Origin: Candidatus Saccharimonadales bacterium
GTDB lineage: Bacteria > Patescibacteriota > Saccharimonadia > QS-5-54-17
Direction: 5' to 3'
NCBI GenBank assembly: GCA_040876925.1
Contig: JBBDOS010000005.1
Location: 40,815 to 104,814 of the forward strand
Length of the DNA stretch: 64,000 nucleotides
A model generated the notes under the pieces. It was given only the letters and a program-made list of their open reading frames with translations, was not told the origin of the DNA and did no database searches. Position numbers and translations under genes: made by a program. Shown here in pieces: positions 46,980 to 57,395 of this stretch. Position 1 is the stretch's first letter; each line of letters starts with the position of its first letter.

Positions 46980-47630
46980 ATGAGCGATTCAGAAAAACCT
47001 CACAAATTAAGTGACTTACCAGCCTACGATCAAGTAGGGGGTAATTCTAACCATGGATTTAACAATGGGCCGATGCATGGCAAACCAACACTAGCCAGTA
47101 AAATAACTGTCATTACAGCTATTTTTGCTGCCATAGTCTTACTAGGAGCTATTATAGCCAGTACTTTTATACAAAAGAATGAACCACAAGACTATGTAAA
47201 AACAGATCAATACCAAGCTGTGTTCTTAAGTAGCGGACAAGTCTACTTTGGTCAGATAGCCCATATAGATAGTGAGTTAGTGATTTTGCGCGATATCTTC
47301 TACCTGAATGCTGACCAAGACTTACAGGATATAGATGGTGAAACTTCTGTTAGCCTGACTAAGCTAGGCTCTGAGCTTCACGGCCCAGAAGATGAGATGT
47401 TCATATCTGCTAGGGATATCTTGTTCTGGGAGAACCTCAAAGACGATAGTACGGTTGTTCAAGCTATAACTCAATACTATTTAGATGAAGCCGATCAAAC
47501 AGATGAAACAGATATTTCTGCAGATGAAGAATCTAGCGATGAAGATGCCACAACAAACGAAGAAGACGGCAGCCAAGACGCTGATGAGCAGACAGATGAA
47601 GAATCTAGCGAAGAAGCAACTAGCGAGTAA
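46980..47630 (+). CDS. Hypothetical membrane-anchored protein with a highly acidic C-terminal tail
   Basis: One TM (ITVITAIFAAIVLLGAIIAS). Tail DEESSDEDATTNEEDGSQDADEQTDEESSEEATSE, encoded by a 19-bp direct repeat. Confidence 0.45.
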   Translation: MSDSEKPHKLSDLPAYDQVGGNSNHGFNNGPMHGKPTLASKITVITAIFAAIVLLGAIIASTFIQKNEPQDYVKTDQYQAVFLSSGQVYFGQIAHIDSELVILRDIFYLNADQDLQDIDGETSVSLTKLGSELHGPEDEMFISARDILFWENLKDDSTVVQAITQYYLDEADQTDETDISADEESSDEDATTNEEDGSQDADEQTDEESSEEATSE

Positions 47631-48168
47631 CTATTAGATTCTTAAAGAAGTATCTAATATATAGAATGAAAGCTATTAGGCCGCTAATGGCGGCTCCTAA
47701 TAGTGAGAGGCCAGCCATATCAGGAGTCCACTTCGGAGAATAATACCTGTAAGTAAAATCAGCTCTTGATATATCTAGCGCTGATAAGTCCATGTTGTCG
47801 TCCATTCTAGCTATCATGTAATCACGTACACATTGGGTGTTTTCGTGTAGGGGGCGTCCTTCTCTATCACATTGATCCATGGCGTCCTGATAGACTTGAG
47901 CCTGACCACTTTGGTTAATATCTTCCTGAGCCTGAGTAACTTTGCGGTTGTAGGCTCCGGCTAGAAATATTTCCACACTAGCGTTCATATGAGAAAAGAC
48001 AAAGTCTTTTAGGTCTGTTTCTACCATATCTCTAACGTCTTCGCCTTGAGTGTCTAGAGCCTCTATCTGCGCCCTGATATTATTAACCTCTATATTGTTA
48101 TTCCTCAGACCCACTATGGCAAGGCCTAGTAAGATAATGCTAATACCGATAAAATGCCATGTCTTCAT
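47620..48168 (-). CDS. Hypothetical membrane protein (N- and C-terminal TM helices)
   Basis: ORF track. Confidence 0.4.
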   Translation of the reverse strand: MKTWHFIGISIILLGLAIVGLRNNNIEVNNIRAQIEALDTQGEDVRDMVETDLKDFVFSHMNASVEIFLAGAYNRKVTQAQEDINQSGQAQVYQDAMDQCDREGRPLHENTQCVRDYMIARMDDNMDLSALDISRADFTYRYYSPKWTPDMAGLSLLGAAISGLIAFILYIRYFFKNLIVTR

Positions 48169-48203
48169 AATGCTTATATTCTAGCATTTTTAAGAAGTAG
48201 TTA

Positions 48204-49388
48204 TTAGCTTTTAATTAATCGGCTGCTAGATTTAGCAGACACCCATAGCATTGCTGGAGCAAATAGAGCAGCTATAACAAACATAGTTTGCAGGGCAGCT
48301 ATTTCATCAAAGAACAAAGTAGCTACTAGCACAAATACCCAGAAGGCGATTTTAGCAAACACGCCAGTAATATTCATTTGCAAGATATATATAAATCTAT
48401 CTTCGGTATCTGCTGATTCATAGAACTTTTCGGTAAATGGCCCAGTTGCAAAATTATCACTTAAATCATTAATCACATTAGCTAATAAAGCTATCGGGAA
48501 GCTGTAGCTAAATACTCTTACTCCGTGCGCTAGCACTTTAAGACTTACACCTATCTCTAGTAATTTATCGTTGTATCCCCGATCTCCTAGCTTGCCAACC
48601 CAGTAAGTTAAACCTATACCTAAGGCTATCGATATAGCTATCACAAAACCTATCTGATCATACTGACCCAAAATGAAGAGTAGCCATAAAGGCCATAAAT
48701 AAACACCGACTAAGTTGGTAAACTGCTGTCCTGCATGAGCTAATTCCTCGCGTCTAAACCTAGGCATTTTAATATCTTTTGGTCTAATGTCTAAGTATTG
48801 ACGGATATCGGGTGTTTTAAGTAACGGATAGCCTGCTATTAATAACAAGGTCGCTGCTATAACTAGGTTATATTCTAGTCCATATTGCATAGCTAATACT
48901 CCACCGACTAGAGGACCTATAGCTGCAAATAGACGCCTTAATATTATAGTTATACCCACCTGAGTAGAGGCTTTATCCTTATTCCTAGATTCAGAAATAT
49001 GTAAATGATAACTAATCCAAAAGAAAGCCATTTCAAAAGCTAGGAAAAGAGCTGATAGCATCCATGCCCAAGAAATAACTGGCATCAAAAAGGTGGTCAT
49101 GAAAAATCCTATTAGACAAACGTAGCTAGTTATTAAAGTATGTTTAACACCAATTCTGGCAATTACGTATGCTGTTAATAATTCAGCTGGTAAACGCATT
49201 GACATAGCAAATAGATAAAACATAGCTATTAATGCTAGGTCATAGCCTATATCGTATAGAAAAAGAGGTACAAATAAACCACCGATACCGATAGCTAGAG
49301 CTCTGAGACTCAAAGATATATATAGCTCATTGACCTCGCTATAGTGAAGACGATGATTGGCGATATGATGGTTTAAAAATAAAGACAT
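48204..49388 (-). CDS. Polytopic membrane transporter, MFS-like
   Basis: About 12 predicted TM helices, 394 aa. Confidence 0.45.
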   Translation of the reverse strand: MSLFLNHHIANHRLHYSEVNELYISLSLRALAIGIGGLFVPLFLYDIGYDLALIAMFYLFAMSMRLPAELLTAYVIARIGVKHTLITSYVCLIGFFMTTFLMPVISWAWMLSALFLAFEMAFFWISYHLHISESRNKDKASTQVGITIILRRLFAAIGPLVGGVLAMQYGLEYNLVIAATLLLIAGYPLLKTPDIRQYLDIRPKDIKMPRFRREELAHAGQQFTNLVGVYLWPLWLLFILGQYDQIGFVIAISIALGIGLTYWVGKLGDRGYNDKLLEIGVSLKVLAHGVRVFSYSFPIALLANVINDLSDNFATGPFTEKFYESADTEDRFIYILQMNITGVFAKIAFWVFVLVATLFFDEIAALQTMFVIAALFAPAMLWVSAKSSSRLIKS

Positions 49389-49487
49389 AGTTAAAGTTTT
49401 TCAAATATTAATTATAGCAAAATAGTCCATCTTAACCACCTTTAATCCTTGCCCAAGCTTAAGAACTTCTATACTATATAAAGAGTA

Positions 49488-50384
49488 ATGAATGTAGATA
49501 TCGAAGAAACTAATGTAGGTGCAGATTTGCTGCCAGCTTGGGTAGTAGAGTACGTCTTGCCTGTAGTAGCTATCATTGTAGTAGCTATGTTAATTAGACG
49601 CTTCGGTATTACTCTAGTTGAGAAGTTCATACGCAGAATTATTAAACCCAGTAGGTATCAGACAGACGAACAACACCACAAACGTGAACAAACTCTTATA
49701 GATATCTTCCACAGCGGCTTATCCATACTAATATGGTTAGTTGCCTCCATTATGATCATCAACAGTCTAGGAATTAGCTTGCAGCCACTATTAGCTGCTG
49801 GTGGTATGACTGCTATAGTAATTGGTTTTGGTGCCCAAAAGATCATGCAAGACATATTTTCTGGTATATATGTAGTCATTGAACACCAGTATCAAGTAGG
49901 CGATGTTGTAGATTTAGACGGAGATGTCGGATTAGTTGAAGATATATCTCTGCGTATGACTCAGATGCGCGATTTAGATGGTACAGTTCACCACGTACCC
50001 CATGGATCAATTAATAGGGTAAAGAACCTATCCAAAGACTATGCCAGAGTCAATCTAGATATAGGGGTTAGCTATGACTCTGATATCGAGCATGTCATAG
50101 ATGTTGTTAATAGAGTTGGTAAAGAGTTAGCCCAAGATGAAGACTGGAAAGAGAATATTAATTCTCCTCCACAGTTCATGCGTATTAATAGCTTTGATGA
50201 TAGCAGTATAGATATTAAGATAATCGGCGAAACTAAAACTCTGCAGCAATGGGATGTTGCTGGAGAATACCGTAAACGACTAAAGAAAGCTTTTGATGAG
50301 GAAGGTATTGAAATACCCTTCCCACAAAGAGTTATCCATCAAGCTGATAAAAATAACTCTACTAAAGACAATCTAAACGAATAG
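49488..50384 (+). CDS. Mechanosensitive ion channel (MscS family)
   Basis: GGMTAIVIGFGAQKIMQDIFSG...QVGDVVDLDGDVGLVEDISLRMTQMRDLDGTVHHVPHG. Confidence 0.85.
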   Translation: MNVDIEETNVGADLLPAWVVEYVLPVVAIIVVAMLIRRFGITLVEKFIRRIIKPSRYQTDEQHHKREQTLIDIFHSGLSILIWLVASIMIINSLGISLQPLLAAGGMTAIVIGFGAQKIMQDIFSGIYVVIEHQYQVGDVVDLDGDVGLVEDISLRMTQMRDLDGTVHHVPHGSINRVKNLSKDYARVNLDIGVSYDSDIEHVIDVVNRVGKELAQDEDWKENINSPPQFMRINSFDDSSIDIKIIGETKTLQQWDVAGEYRKRLKKAFDEEGIEIPFPQRVIHQADKNNSTKDNLNE

Positions 50385-50408
50385 TTAGATAATACAGGAC
50401 TAATTAAC

Positions 50409-50954
50409 TTACTCTTCCCTAGCTCTCTTGAGAGCTTTACCCATCCAGATTAGCTCATCATAGACTGTTTTAATACGCTCAATCTGGTCTTGATTGATTA
50501 ATTTACCATCATCATCAAACATTTCCTGAACTCTAGGAAAGTGAACATCAGCCGATACGGATACTAAACCTAATTCTCTAACTACTCCATTAAGTGCCTG
50601 GATTGCTCTAGCTCCACCTATCATGCCACTAGATACTCCGGCAAAAGCTACTGCTTTATGGTTATATTTGCCTAGCTCTTTATCGATTAGGGACTTTAGA
50701 CTACCCGGAAAACTATGATTATATTCGGGAGTTACAATAAAGAATATGTCAGCATCCTCAACAATTTGAGAGTACTCAGCTATCTTATTCTCATCGTCAT
50801 TACCATCTAGTGATAGGTCATAATCACTAGGATCTACGAAGGTTATATCTAGCTCTTCATAGCTTGACCCCACTTCCTCGATTAGTCTAGCTGCGTGAAT
50901 TGATTGGCGCTTTGGCCTGGTTGTTCCAACGATAATACATAAATTAAGCTTCAT
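50409..50954 (-). CDS. NAD(P)H-dependent FMN reductase (flavodoxin-like fold)
   Basis: LCIIVGTTRP N-terminus; PEYNHSFPGSLK. Confidence 0.7.
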   Translation of the reverse strand: MKLNLCIIVGTTRPKRQSIHAARLIEEVGSSYEELDITFVDPSDYDLSLDGNDDENKIAEYSQIVEDADIFFIVTPEYNHSFPGSLKSLIDKELGKYNHKAVAFAGVSSGMIGGARAIQALNGVVRELGLVSVSADVHFPRVQEMFDDDGKLINQDQIERIKTVYDELIWMGKALKRAREE

Positions 50955-50985
50955 TGCTTATTAGTATAACTGGTATAATGGCTTA

Positions 50986-51654
50986 ATGGCAAAAGACCAG
51001 GAAGAAATCAAAAACATTGAAGATATAGAGAAGAAGACTTTTTTTTTGCGCATAATTACCTGGCCCTCTAGAAGTATCAGGCGAGTTTACGCTTGGATGA
51101 TGAAATGGGGTGATAGTCCGCAAGCAGAGAAAGCTCTTTTTGGGTTCTCTTTTGTAGAAAGCTCCTTCTTCCCTATACCTCCAGACCCACTGCTAATTAC
51201 TATGGTCATAGCTAATGTCAAGAAATGGCTGAGGTTTGCCTTAATTACGACTATCGCTTCTGTAATTGGTGCTGTACTTGGTTACGTGATAGGTTTGCTA
51301 GCCTATGAGACTATCGGTAAATCTATTGTTGATTTTTACAACCTAGAGGAGGAGTTTAGGCTAGTAGGACAGCAGTACGGGCAAAATGCTTTCTGGACTA
51401 TATTGGTAGTTGGATTTACTCCTATACCTTATAAAGTATTTACCATTGCTAGTGGAGTTTTCACTATCAATATCATCACTCTACTAGTTGCTTCTCTAAT
51501 CGGTAGAGGCGGTAGGTTTATCATAGTAGCTTTTCTAGCCAAGACGCTAGGGGCTAGATACAAGGATAAGATAGAGCGCTATATAGATGTTTTGGGGCTC
51601 TTGTTCCTGGGCCTAATAATAGCTGGGTTCGTAGTTATAAAGTATATTATCTAG
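50986..51654 (+). CDS. DedA/YqaA-family (SNARE-associated) membrane protein
   Basis: FVESSFFPIPPDPLLI motif. Confidence 0.7.
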   Translation: MAKDQEEIKNIEDIEKKTFFLRIITWPSRSIRRVYAWMMKWGDSPQAEKALFGFSFVESSFFPIPPDPLLITMVIANVKKWLRFALITTIASVIGAVLGYVIGLLAYETIGKSIVDFYNLEEEFRLVGQQYGQNAFWTILVVGFTPIPYKVFTIASGVFTINIITLLVASLIGRGGRFIIVAFLAKTLGARYKDKIERYIDVLGLLFLGLIIAGFVVIKYII

Positions 51655-51674
51655 ACTTATATAGCTTATAAATC

Positions 51675-52676
51675 CTACTTATTCACTATTTCCTTAAGAT
51701 GTTTAACCTTCCTGAGTATAGGCTTAGTAGCCGGTAATAACCTTTCCCAGATGAAATAAATTGTCTTTGATAATGGTAAATCATATGACCCCACCCAAGT
51801 AACCTCGCGGCTAGCAAATTTCTTCTTATACCCACCAACACCTGCGGTAACATTACCGTTTAGGTCATGCTCTTTAACCCCATCCTGATATAGCCCTCTA
51901 ATAGCCTCCCATTGCAGCAAATAGTTAGCTAAAGTCTTACGAGCTATATCATCAGAACCGGCATATAAGAAGATGCTTCTAGTTTTGATTTTAAACATCC
52001 AGACGAAACCAATAGCCTTATCCTGCTCATCCCTAGCTAGCCAAATACGGCTGTATGGTTTTAGTAATGAGTAAGCTAGGTCGTAGTACTTTAAAGTATG
52101 GATATTGAAATCACTACGTTTGGCAGTTTCCTGATATAGAGACCAGAACTCTTTAGGTAGTTTATCTGCTTGATGTTCTTCAACACTCACCCCTTCTCTA
52201 GTGGCTCTACGCACAGAATAACGTACTTCAGAATTTAGCGAGCTGTATAGTTGATCTTCATTTTCTAGACCTAAGTCTTTGATGATGGTTTCAGGATGCA
52301 AGATAGTATTACTTGATTTACGCCAACCTTTAGGAAAGTCTAGATTCTCTATAGCTGGTTCTATTTTGAGGCTAATAGCTCCTAGTTCCTTGGCTTTTTC
52401 GCCTAGATCATTTAGTAGCTCTACCATCTCCTGATTGCTATTAGCTATCGGACCTCTGGGGATATAGGCTAGTTTACGTTTAATTAGTGGTATGTTAAGT
52501 AATAGTATTTGAGCACCAGCTACTATATTGCCGTTTTGCTTAACACCGTATATAGCAGGCGACCAACTGAAATTACTCTTCAATTCCCCCCATTTGCTCA
52601 GCTGGAATGGATGTCCATTAGGATGAGAGTAAACAAACTCATCCCACTCACCTGCTTCTAATTCAATTAGTTTCAC
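51675..52676 (-). CDS. FemAB-family peptidoglycan branch aminoacyltransferase
   Basis: HPNGHPFQLSKWGELK...AYIPRGP FemX-like N-terminus; 333 aa. Confidence 0.7.
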   Translation of the reverse strand: MKLIELEAGEWDEFVYSHPNGHPFQLSKWGELKSNFSWSPAIYGVKQNGNIVAGAQILLLNIPLIKRKLAYIPRGPIANSNQEMVELLNDLGEKAKELGAISLKIEPAIENLDFPKGWRKSSNTILHPETIIKDLGLENEDQLYSSLNSEVRYSVRRATREGVSVEEHQADKLPKEFWSLYQETAKRSDFNIHTLKYYDLAYSLLKPYSRIWLARDEQDKAIGFVWMFKIKTRSIFLYAGSDDIARKTLANYLLQWEAIRGLYQDGVKEHDLNGNVTAGVGGYKKKFASREVTWVGSYDLPLSKTIYFIWERLLPATKPILRKVKHLKEIVNK

Positions 52677-52774
52677 GCGTTAATACTCTTTAATATTTAT
52701 TAATACATTAGATAGTTTATCAGTATTGGTCGATTTCTGCTGCTTGAGATGTAATTTTTAAATACTTCTTCTTC

Positions 52775-52851
52775 TGGTCGGGGTGGTGAGACTCGAACTC
52801 ACGATCTCCTGCTCCCAAAGCAGGCGCCTTAAGCCGCTAGGCCACACCCCG
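52775..52851 (-). tRNA. tRNA-Pro (anticodon UGG)
   Basis: Reverse complement CGGGGTGTGGCCTAGCGGCTTAAGGCGCCTGCTTTGGGAGCAGGAGATCGTGAGTTCGAGTCTCACCACCCCGACCA. Confidence 0.82.
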
Positions 52852-52889
52852 ATAACCTCACTCATTTTGACAGATTATCTCAAAAATCT

Positions 52890-53165
52890 CTAGTTTCTAA
52901 CTAATTCTTTTAGACGTTTGCCGGCTCTAAATCTTGGCATGCGCAGTTTAGGAATTTGTATTTCCTTACCCGTTCTAGGATCTACCCCTCTACGAGCAGC
53001 TCTAGAACCTAAATCGAACACACCAAAACCAGTAATAGAAACTTTGTTGCCTTTAGCAACTTGGGAAGAAATTATATCTACAAAAGTATCTAGCCACTCT
53101 TCTGCCTGGCGTTTGCTGGTATTTTGCTTGCTTGCTAATTCAGCTATTAATTCTCTTCTAGTCAT
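52890..53165 (-). CDS. hup: DNA-binding protein HU
   Basis: MTRRELIAELA...GFGVF...RNPRTG-type arm (RRGVDPRTGKEIQIP). 91 aa. Confidence 0.85.
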   Translation of the reverse strand: MTRRELIAELASKQNTSKRQAEEWLDTFVDIISSQVAKGNKVSITGFGVFDLGSRAARRGVDPRTGKEIQIPKLRMPRFRAGKRLKELVRN

Positions 53166-53278
53166 AATATCAAAATCCCTTCTTAAATTACTGTCCTTAT
53201 ATTAAATAATTATAGGTGCTTAAAGGCATTGGTTCAATGCCCCATTTAAATCCAAGTATCCTCCTCGCTCTTTCTCCT

Positions 53279-54076
53279 TTAAGAATATAGGCGATAGATC
53301 TGCTCTATAGATCTAGCTATACCTTTAGACTCATCTATATCTACTAAGACCGCGCAGAACTGGAATGGTGGTTCTTCAGATAGAGAATTCCTACTAGGCT
53401 TACTGCTGTGCCAGCGAGTAATGATGGTTTCAAGATCTATACCTAAAGATGAATTGAGCGTACCTACCATACCGACATCACTAATATGAGCTGTGCCCTT
53501 GGGTAAGACTCTAAAATCAGCAGTTGGTACATGCCAGTGATCGCCGATCACTGCTGCTACCTTGCCATCTAGATAGTGCCCTATAACCACTTTTTCACTA
53601 GAGTAATCGCCATGAAAATTGACAATTGTAGCTACTACATCGGATTTATTATCTACAATAATCTTATCAACTTTATGTAGAGGATTATCCATAGGCTTAT
53701 CGGCGTCTTTACCGACTATTTGACCCATCAATGATATTAGCAGCACATCACCAAATGCTGTTTTGAGTATTTTATACTCCTGCCCTGGAGTACCTTTAGG
53801 AAAATTAGCTGGTCTAGTTACTGGTTCGTTAGGATCTTGCAGAGCTTCTACTAAATCCTTCTGAACAAACATATGATTACCACTCATAAACCCATCTACA
53901 TCCAAATCCTTTAACTTACGATAATCAGCTATACTCATACCTTTACCGCCGGTAACGTTCTCTGCCTGTATCAAAATAGTGTCTGGCCTAAACTCTGATT
54001 TAATTTCTGGTAAGTGATTAGCTAGTACCTCACAGCCAATAGGACCCATGACATCACCGATATATAGTAACTTCAT
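53279..54076 (-). CDS. ymdB: YmdB-family metallophosphoesterase (2',3'-cyclic-nucleotide phosphodiesterase-like)
   Basis: MKLLYIGDVMG, GNHMF, VNFHG, GDHWHVPTAD motifs. Immediately downstream of rny as in Firmicutes. Confidence 0.75.
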   Translation of the reverse strand: MKLLYIGDVMGPIGCEVLANHLPEIKSEFRPDTILIQAENVTGGKGMSIADYRKLKDLDVDGFMSGNHMFVQKDLVEALQDPNEPVTRPANFPKGTPGQEYKILKTAFGDVLLISLMGQIVGKDADKPMDNPLHKVDKIIVDNKSDVVATIVNFHGDYSSEKVVIGHYLDGKVAAVIGDHWHVPTADFRVLPKGTAHISDVGMVGTLNSSLGIDLETIITRWHSSKPSRNSLSEEPPFQFCAVLVDIDESKGIARSIEQIYRLYS

Positions 54077-55587
54077 TATTTAGCGTATTCCATACTTCTA
54101 GTCTCGCGGATGACATTAACTTTAATAGTGCCTGGATACTGCAAAGTACTCTCTACTTTATCGGCTATATCCCTAGCTAGACGAATAGATGATAAGTCAT
54201 CAATCTCTTCAGGTTTCACAAATATCCTAATCTCTCTACCTGCAGATATGGCGTAGGCTTTTTCAATACCCTTAAATGAAGTGGCTACGTTCTCTAGCTC
54301 CTGCATTCTTTGGACAAAGTTCTCAGTAGATTGATTACGGGCACCTGGTCTAGCAGCGCTTAAGGCATCGACTACTCTAACCACCATAGCTTCTGGTGTA
54401 GTAGCCTCAACATCATCATGATGAGCTTCAGCAGCATGAGCTATCTCCTCATCAATGCCATATTTTCTAGCCATCTCTCCGGATATATGGTGGTGTTTAC
54501 CTTCCATTTTATGGGTTAATGCTTTACCCATATCATGAATTAGAGCGGCATATTTACAGATTCTAACGTTAGCGCCAATTTCCTCAGCTATCATGCCGGC
54601 CATATGAGCCATCTCCACTGAATGAGCTAATACGTTTTGTCCGTAAGAAGTCCTGAACTTCAACTCACCAACTAGTCTGAGTATCTCTTTGGGTATACCG
54701 ACGATACCAACGTCTCTGGCCGCATCATTAGCTGCTTGGACTATTTCCTTATCAATTCTCTCCTGAGCCTTAGCCACTACTTCTTCAATTCTTCCGGGGT
54801 GAATGCGTCCATCTTTCATTAACATTTCCAGAGCTATCCTAGCCACTTGTCTCCTGACAGGATCAAAGCTAGAAATGACGATAACTCCAGGGGTGTCATC
54901 CACCATAATATCAACACCAGTAGCTCGTTCTAGAGCTTGGATATTACGGCCCTCCTTGCCGATAATACGGCCCTTCATCTCATCGTTGGGTAGGTCTATA
55001 GAAGAAACTGTCTTCTCTGCAGAAACATCACTAGCCAATCTCTCCATAGCTGCGACTATAACGGCCTTGGCGTTATCCTCAGCCTCTTCTTTAGCATCTT
55101 CTTTGAGCTTATCAACTAGACCAACTAGGTCTTCGCGAATATCTTTCTCGGTCATTTTCATCAACCGCTCAGCAGCCTCAGCTTTGCTCAATTTAGCAAT
55201 ACTTTCTAGTTTTTCTTGGCTCTTGGCGCGAATCTCTATCAGCTCTTGTTTGAAGCTATCTATCTCATCTTCAGCCTTGCGGACTTTTTCAGTGCGCTTA
55301 TCCAAATCTTCTAACTTCTTATCGAAACTATCTTCTCGCTTAATCAATCGCTTCTCTATTTCGCTAAGTTCTTGACGACGCTCTTTCTCTTCTTTTTTTG
55401 ATTCATCAATAATTGAAGTAGCTTTTTCTTTAGCTTTTAATATAACGTCTTTGCTTTGATCCTCTGCCTCGCTAAGCTTCTTTTTAATTCTAGCCTCAGC
55501 GTCTCCTAGTGTTTTCTTGGTTTGTAGGGTCTTACCCCCAAAGCCTACTGCTACACCGATAGCAGCAGCTACTATTAATAGTTCCAT
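54076..55587 (-). CDS. rny: Ribonuclease Y
   Basis: N-terminal TM, long coiled coil, KH domain GKEGRNIQALERATG, HD domain LIHDMGKA. 503 aa. Confidence 0.9.
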   Translation of the reverse strand: MELLIVAAAIGVAVGFGGKTLQTKKTLGDAEARIKKKLSEAEDQSKDVILKAKEKATSIIDESKKEEKERRQELSEIEKRLIKREDSFDKKLEDLDKRTEKVRKAEDEIDSFKQELIEIRAKSQEKLESIAKLSKAEAAERLMKMTEKDIREDLVGLVDKLKEDAKEEAEDNAKAVIVAAMERLASDVSAEKTVSSIDLPNDEMKGRIIGKEGRNIQALERATGVDIMVDDTPGVIVISSFDPVRRQVARIALEMLMKDGRIHPGRIEEVVAKAQERIDKEIVQAANDAARDVGIVGIPKEILRLVGELKFRTSYGQNVLAHSVEMAHMAGMIAEEIGANVRICKYAALIHDMGKALTHKMEGKHHHISGEMARKYGIDEEIAHAAEAHHDDVEATTPEAMVVRVVDALSAARPGARNQSTENFVQRMQELENVATSFKGIEKAYAISAGREIRIFVKPEEIDDLSSIRLARDIADKVESTLQYPGTIKVNVIRETRSMEYAK

Positions 55588-55802
55588 AACGATTCCTTCC
55601 TCTTGAAAGCCTACCCACTAAAATATGTATTTAAAAAGTGTCTAAACTAGCTCTTAATAAAATGTTTTAGTCTCTTCGAAGCATAGATTACTAGTGTATT
55701 CACTGTAAGGTTTAATTTATGGGGTATTCAAGTAATATTAATTAACAACTTCTACACTTACTAATATAAAGCGTTGCGATATAAAAGGCAATTATTTATC
55801 TT

Positions 55803-56273
55803 TTAAGCAGATAGAGCTAAACCGCCTATTTCTGATTCTGGAGACCTCGTCTCCTGATCTGAATAGTTAGTAGTTAAATCAGCTGATTTAACTAGTTCAT
55901 GCACTAGATACAAGCTTTTAACATCTTCGGATTCGAAGATAGTTAAATCTCCACTAAACTCATCTAAACCACTGGCAGTCATTTTTTCTACTAGGCTCAA
56001 CCGAAGTTCTTCGATATCAAGACCTAACTGATGTTGATCGAGCTTCTTAGCTTGTTTATACCCAGTAGATATTACTAGTGATAGATGAGCTAAACTTTCC
56101 TCATTAACAGCTAGAAATCCTGCTAGAAAATTATATGGTGAATCTTCATTAGTATGACTAGACTCTACTGGCATAGCTCTAGCTACAAAGTCTTCGATGA
56201 GAGCTTCATCAAGCGACTCAATAGCCCGCTCAAAGCCTCTCACAACTACTGATGTGTAGATATTCTCACTCAC
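55803..56273 (-). CDS. Hypothetical acidic cytoplasmic protein (156 aa)
   Basis: ORF track. Confidence 0.35.
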   Translation of the reverse strand: MSENIYTSVVVRGFERAIESLDEALIEDFVARAMPVESSHTNEDSPYNFLAGFLAVNEESLAHLSLVISTGYKQAKKLDQHQLGLDIEELRLSLVEKMTASGLDEFSGDLTIFESEDVKSLYLVHELVKSADLTTNYSDQETRSPESEIGGLALSA

Positions 56274-56393
56274 CTCTTACGCCTCTCTTCTTATCGTTCT
56301 CTTTTGACCTCACTTATAAAAGGTCAAGATTCTTTAATACACCTTTTTAAACCACTTTGCAAGCATTAGCGCTTTAATGTTTTTTTAAGCTTC

Positions 56394-56786
56394 TTACTTA
56401 CGAGGCTGGGTAATATTGGCTTCTCCACCGTATTCAGGCATCACATATTCACCTACCTTGGCTTGTTTAAGTTTTGCGCTAGCTTGTTTAATCCAACCAT
56501 CTCCAGACCCTGAGGCGATTGGTATATTCAAGGAGTAGGCTATGGCATTAGCCACACTAATACCGATACGAAGCCCGGTAAAAGATCCTGGACCAGCAAA
56601 AACTATAACCCCTGTAATATCTGCTAACTTTAAGTCTTGAGATTTAATTAGCTGATCAATATGTTGGTTGAGCTGCATGCTTAAATCTCTGCCTGCTAGC
56701 CAAATATCAGACTCTATCTCTTCACCTTGGGGTGATAGTAGATACAATTTAGCTTCTGGATTATCGGTTCTAATAGCTAATATCAT
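56394..56786 (-). CDS. tsaB: tRNA t6A biosynthesis protein TsaB (YeaZ), minimal 130-aa form
   Basis: MILAIRTD...VIVFAGPGSFTGLRIGISVA. Adjacent to tsaE. Confidence 0.7.
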   Translation of the reverse strand: MILAIRTDNPEAKLYLLSPQGEEIESDIWLAGRDLSMQLNQHIDQLIKSQDLKLADITGVIVFAGPGSFTGLRIGISVANAIAYSLNIPIASGSGDGWIKQASAKLKQAKVGEYVMPEYGGEANITQPRK

Positions 56787-56793
56787 AATTTTC

Positions 56794-57273
56794 TTACCTT
56801 TCTAGCTCCTTCGATAGTTCTTTAACTAATCTATCATGATACTCACCAAGAGACTTTATGGCTATATCTCGAGAGTTCTCTGCGGTAGCAGATATCTCTA
56901 TACTCAACCTATCATCTGGTAAAACACCCTTAACCACATCGGCCCACTCAATAACTACTGATATATTCTGCTCACTGATAGTTTCTGATAGTTCATCTGC
57001 CATAATGCCAGGATCTTCTAGGCGGTAGAAATCAAAATGATGCAACTCTAAATTCTTGCCTCGATATATTCTAGAAATTGTAAAAGTTGGACTCATGACT
57101 TGGTCGTTTGAGCCTATGCCGCGAGCTATACCTCTAACCAGGGCTGTCTTACCGCCACCCAAATCACTAATTAGCTCTATGACCTCACCGCCACGTAGCA
57201 ACTGACCTATCCTATCACCTAATTGAACTGTCTCTTCTAATGAATTTGATTTAAAACTATAGCTACTTGCCAT
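56794..57273 (-). CDS. tsaE: tRNA t6A biosynthesis ATPase TsaE (YjeE)
   Basis: LISDLGGGKTALVRGIARGIG P-loop variant typical of TsaE. Confidence 0.8.
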   Translation of the reverse strand: MASSYSFKSNSLEETVQLGDRIGQLLRGGEVIELISDLGGGKTALVRGIARGIGSNDQVMSPTFTISRIYRGKNLELHHFDFYRLEDPGIMADELSETISEQNISVVIEWADVVKGVLPDDRLSIEISATAENSRDIAIKSLGEYHDRLVKELSKELER

Positions 57274-57395
57274 ATATAACTTTCCTTACGTGACTCCTTA
57301 ATCTAGCTTCTTTAGTATAAAACCTAGACTGCAAAAACCAAACACTCTTTTAAAAACATCTTTACCCTTAGGCGATTACCCTATACCCTATAAAT

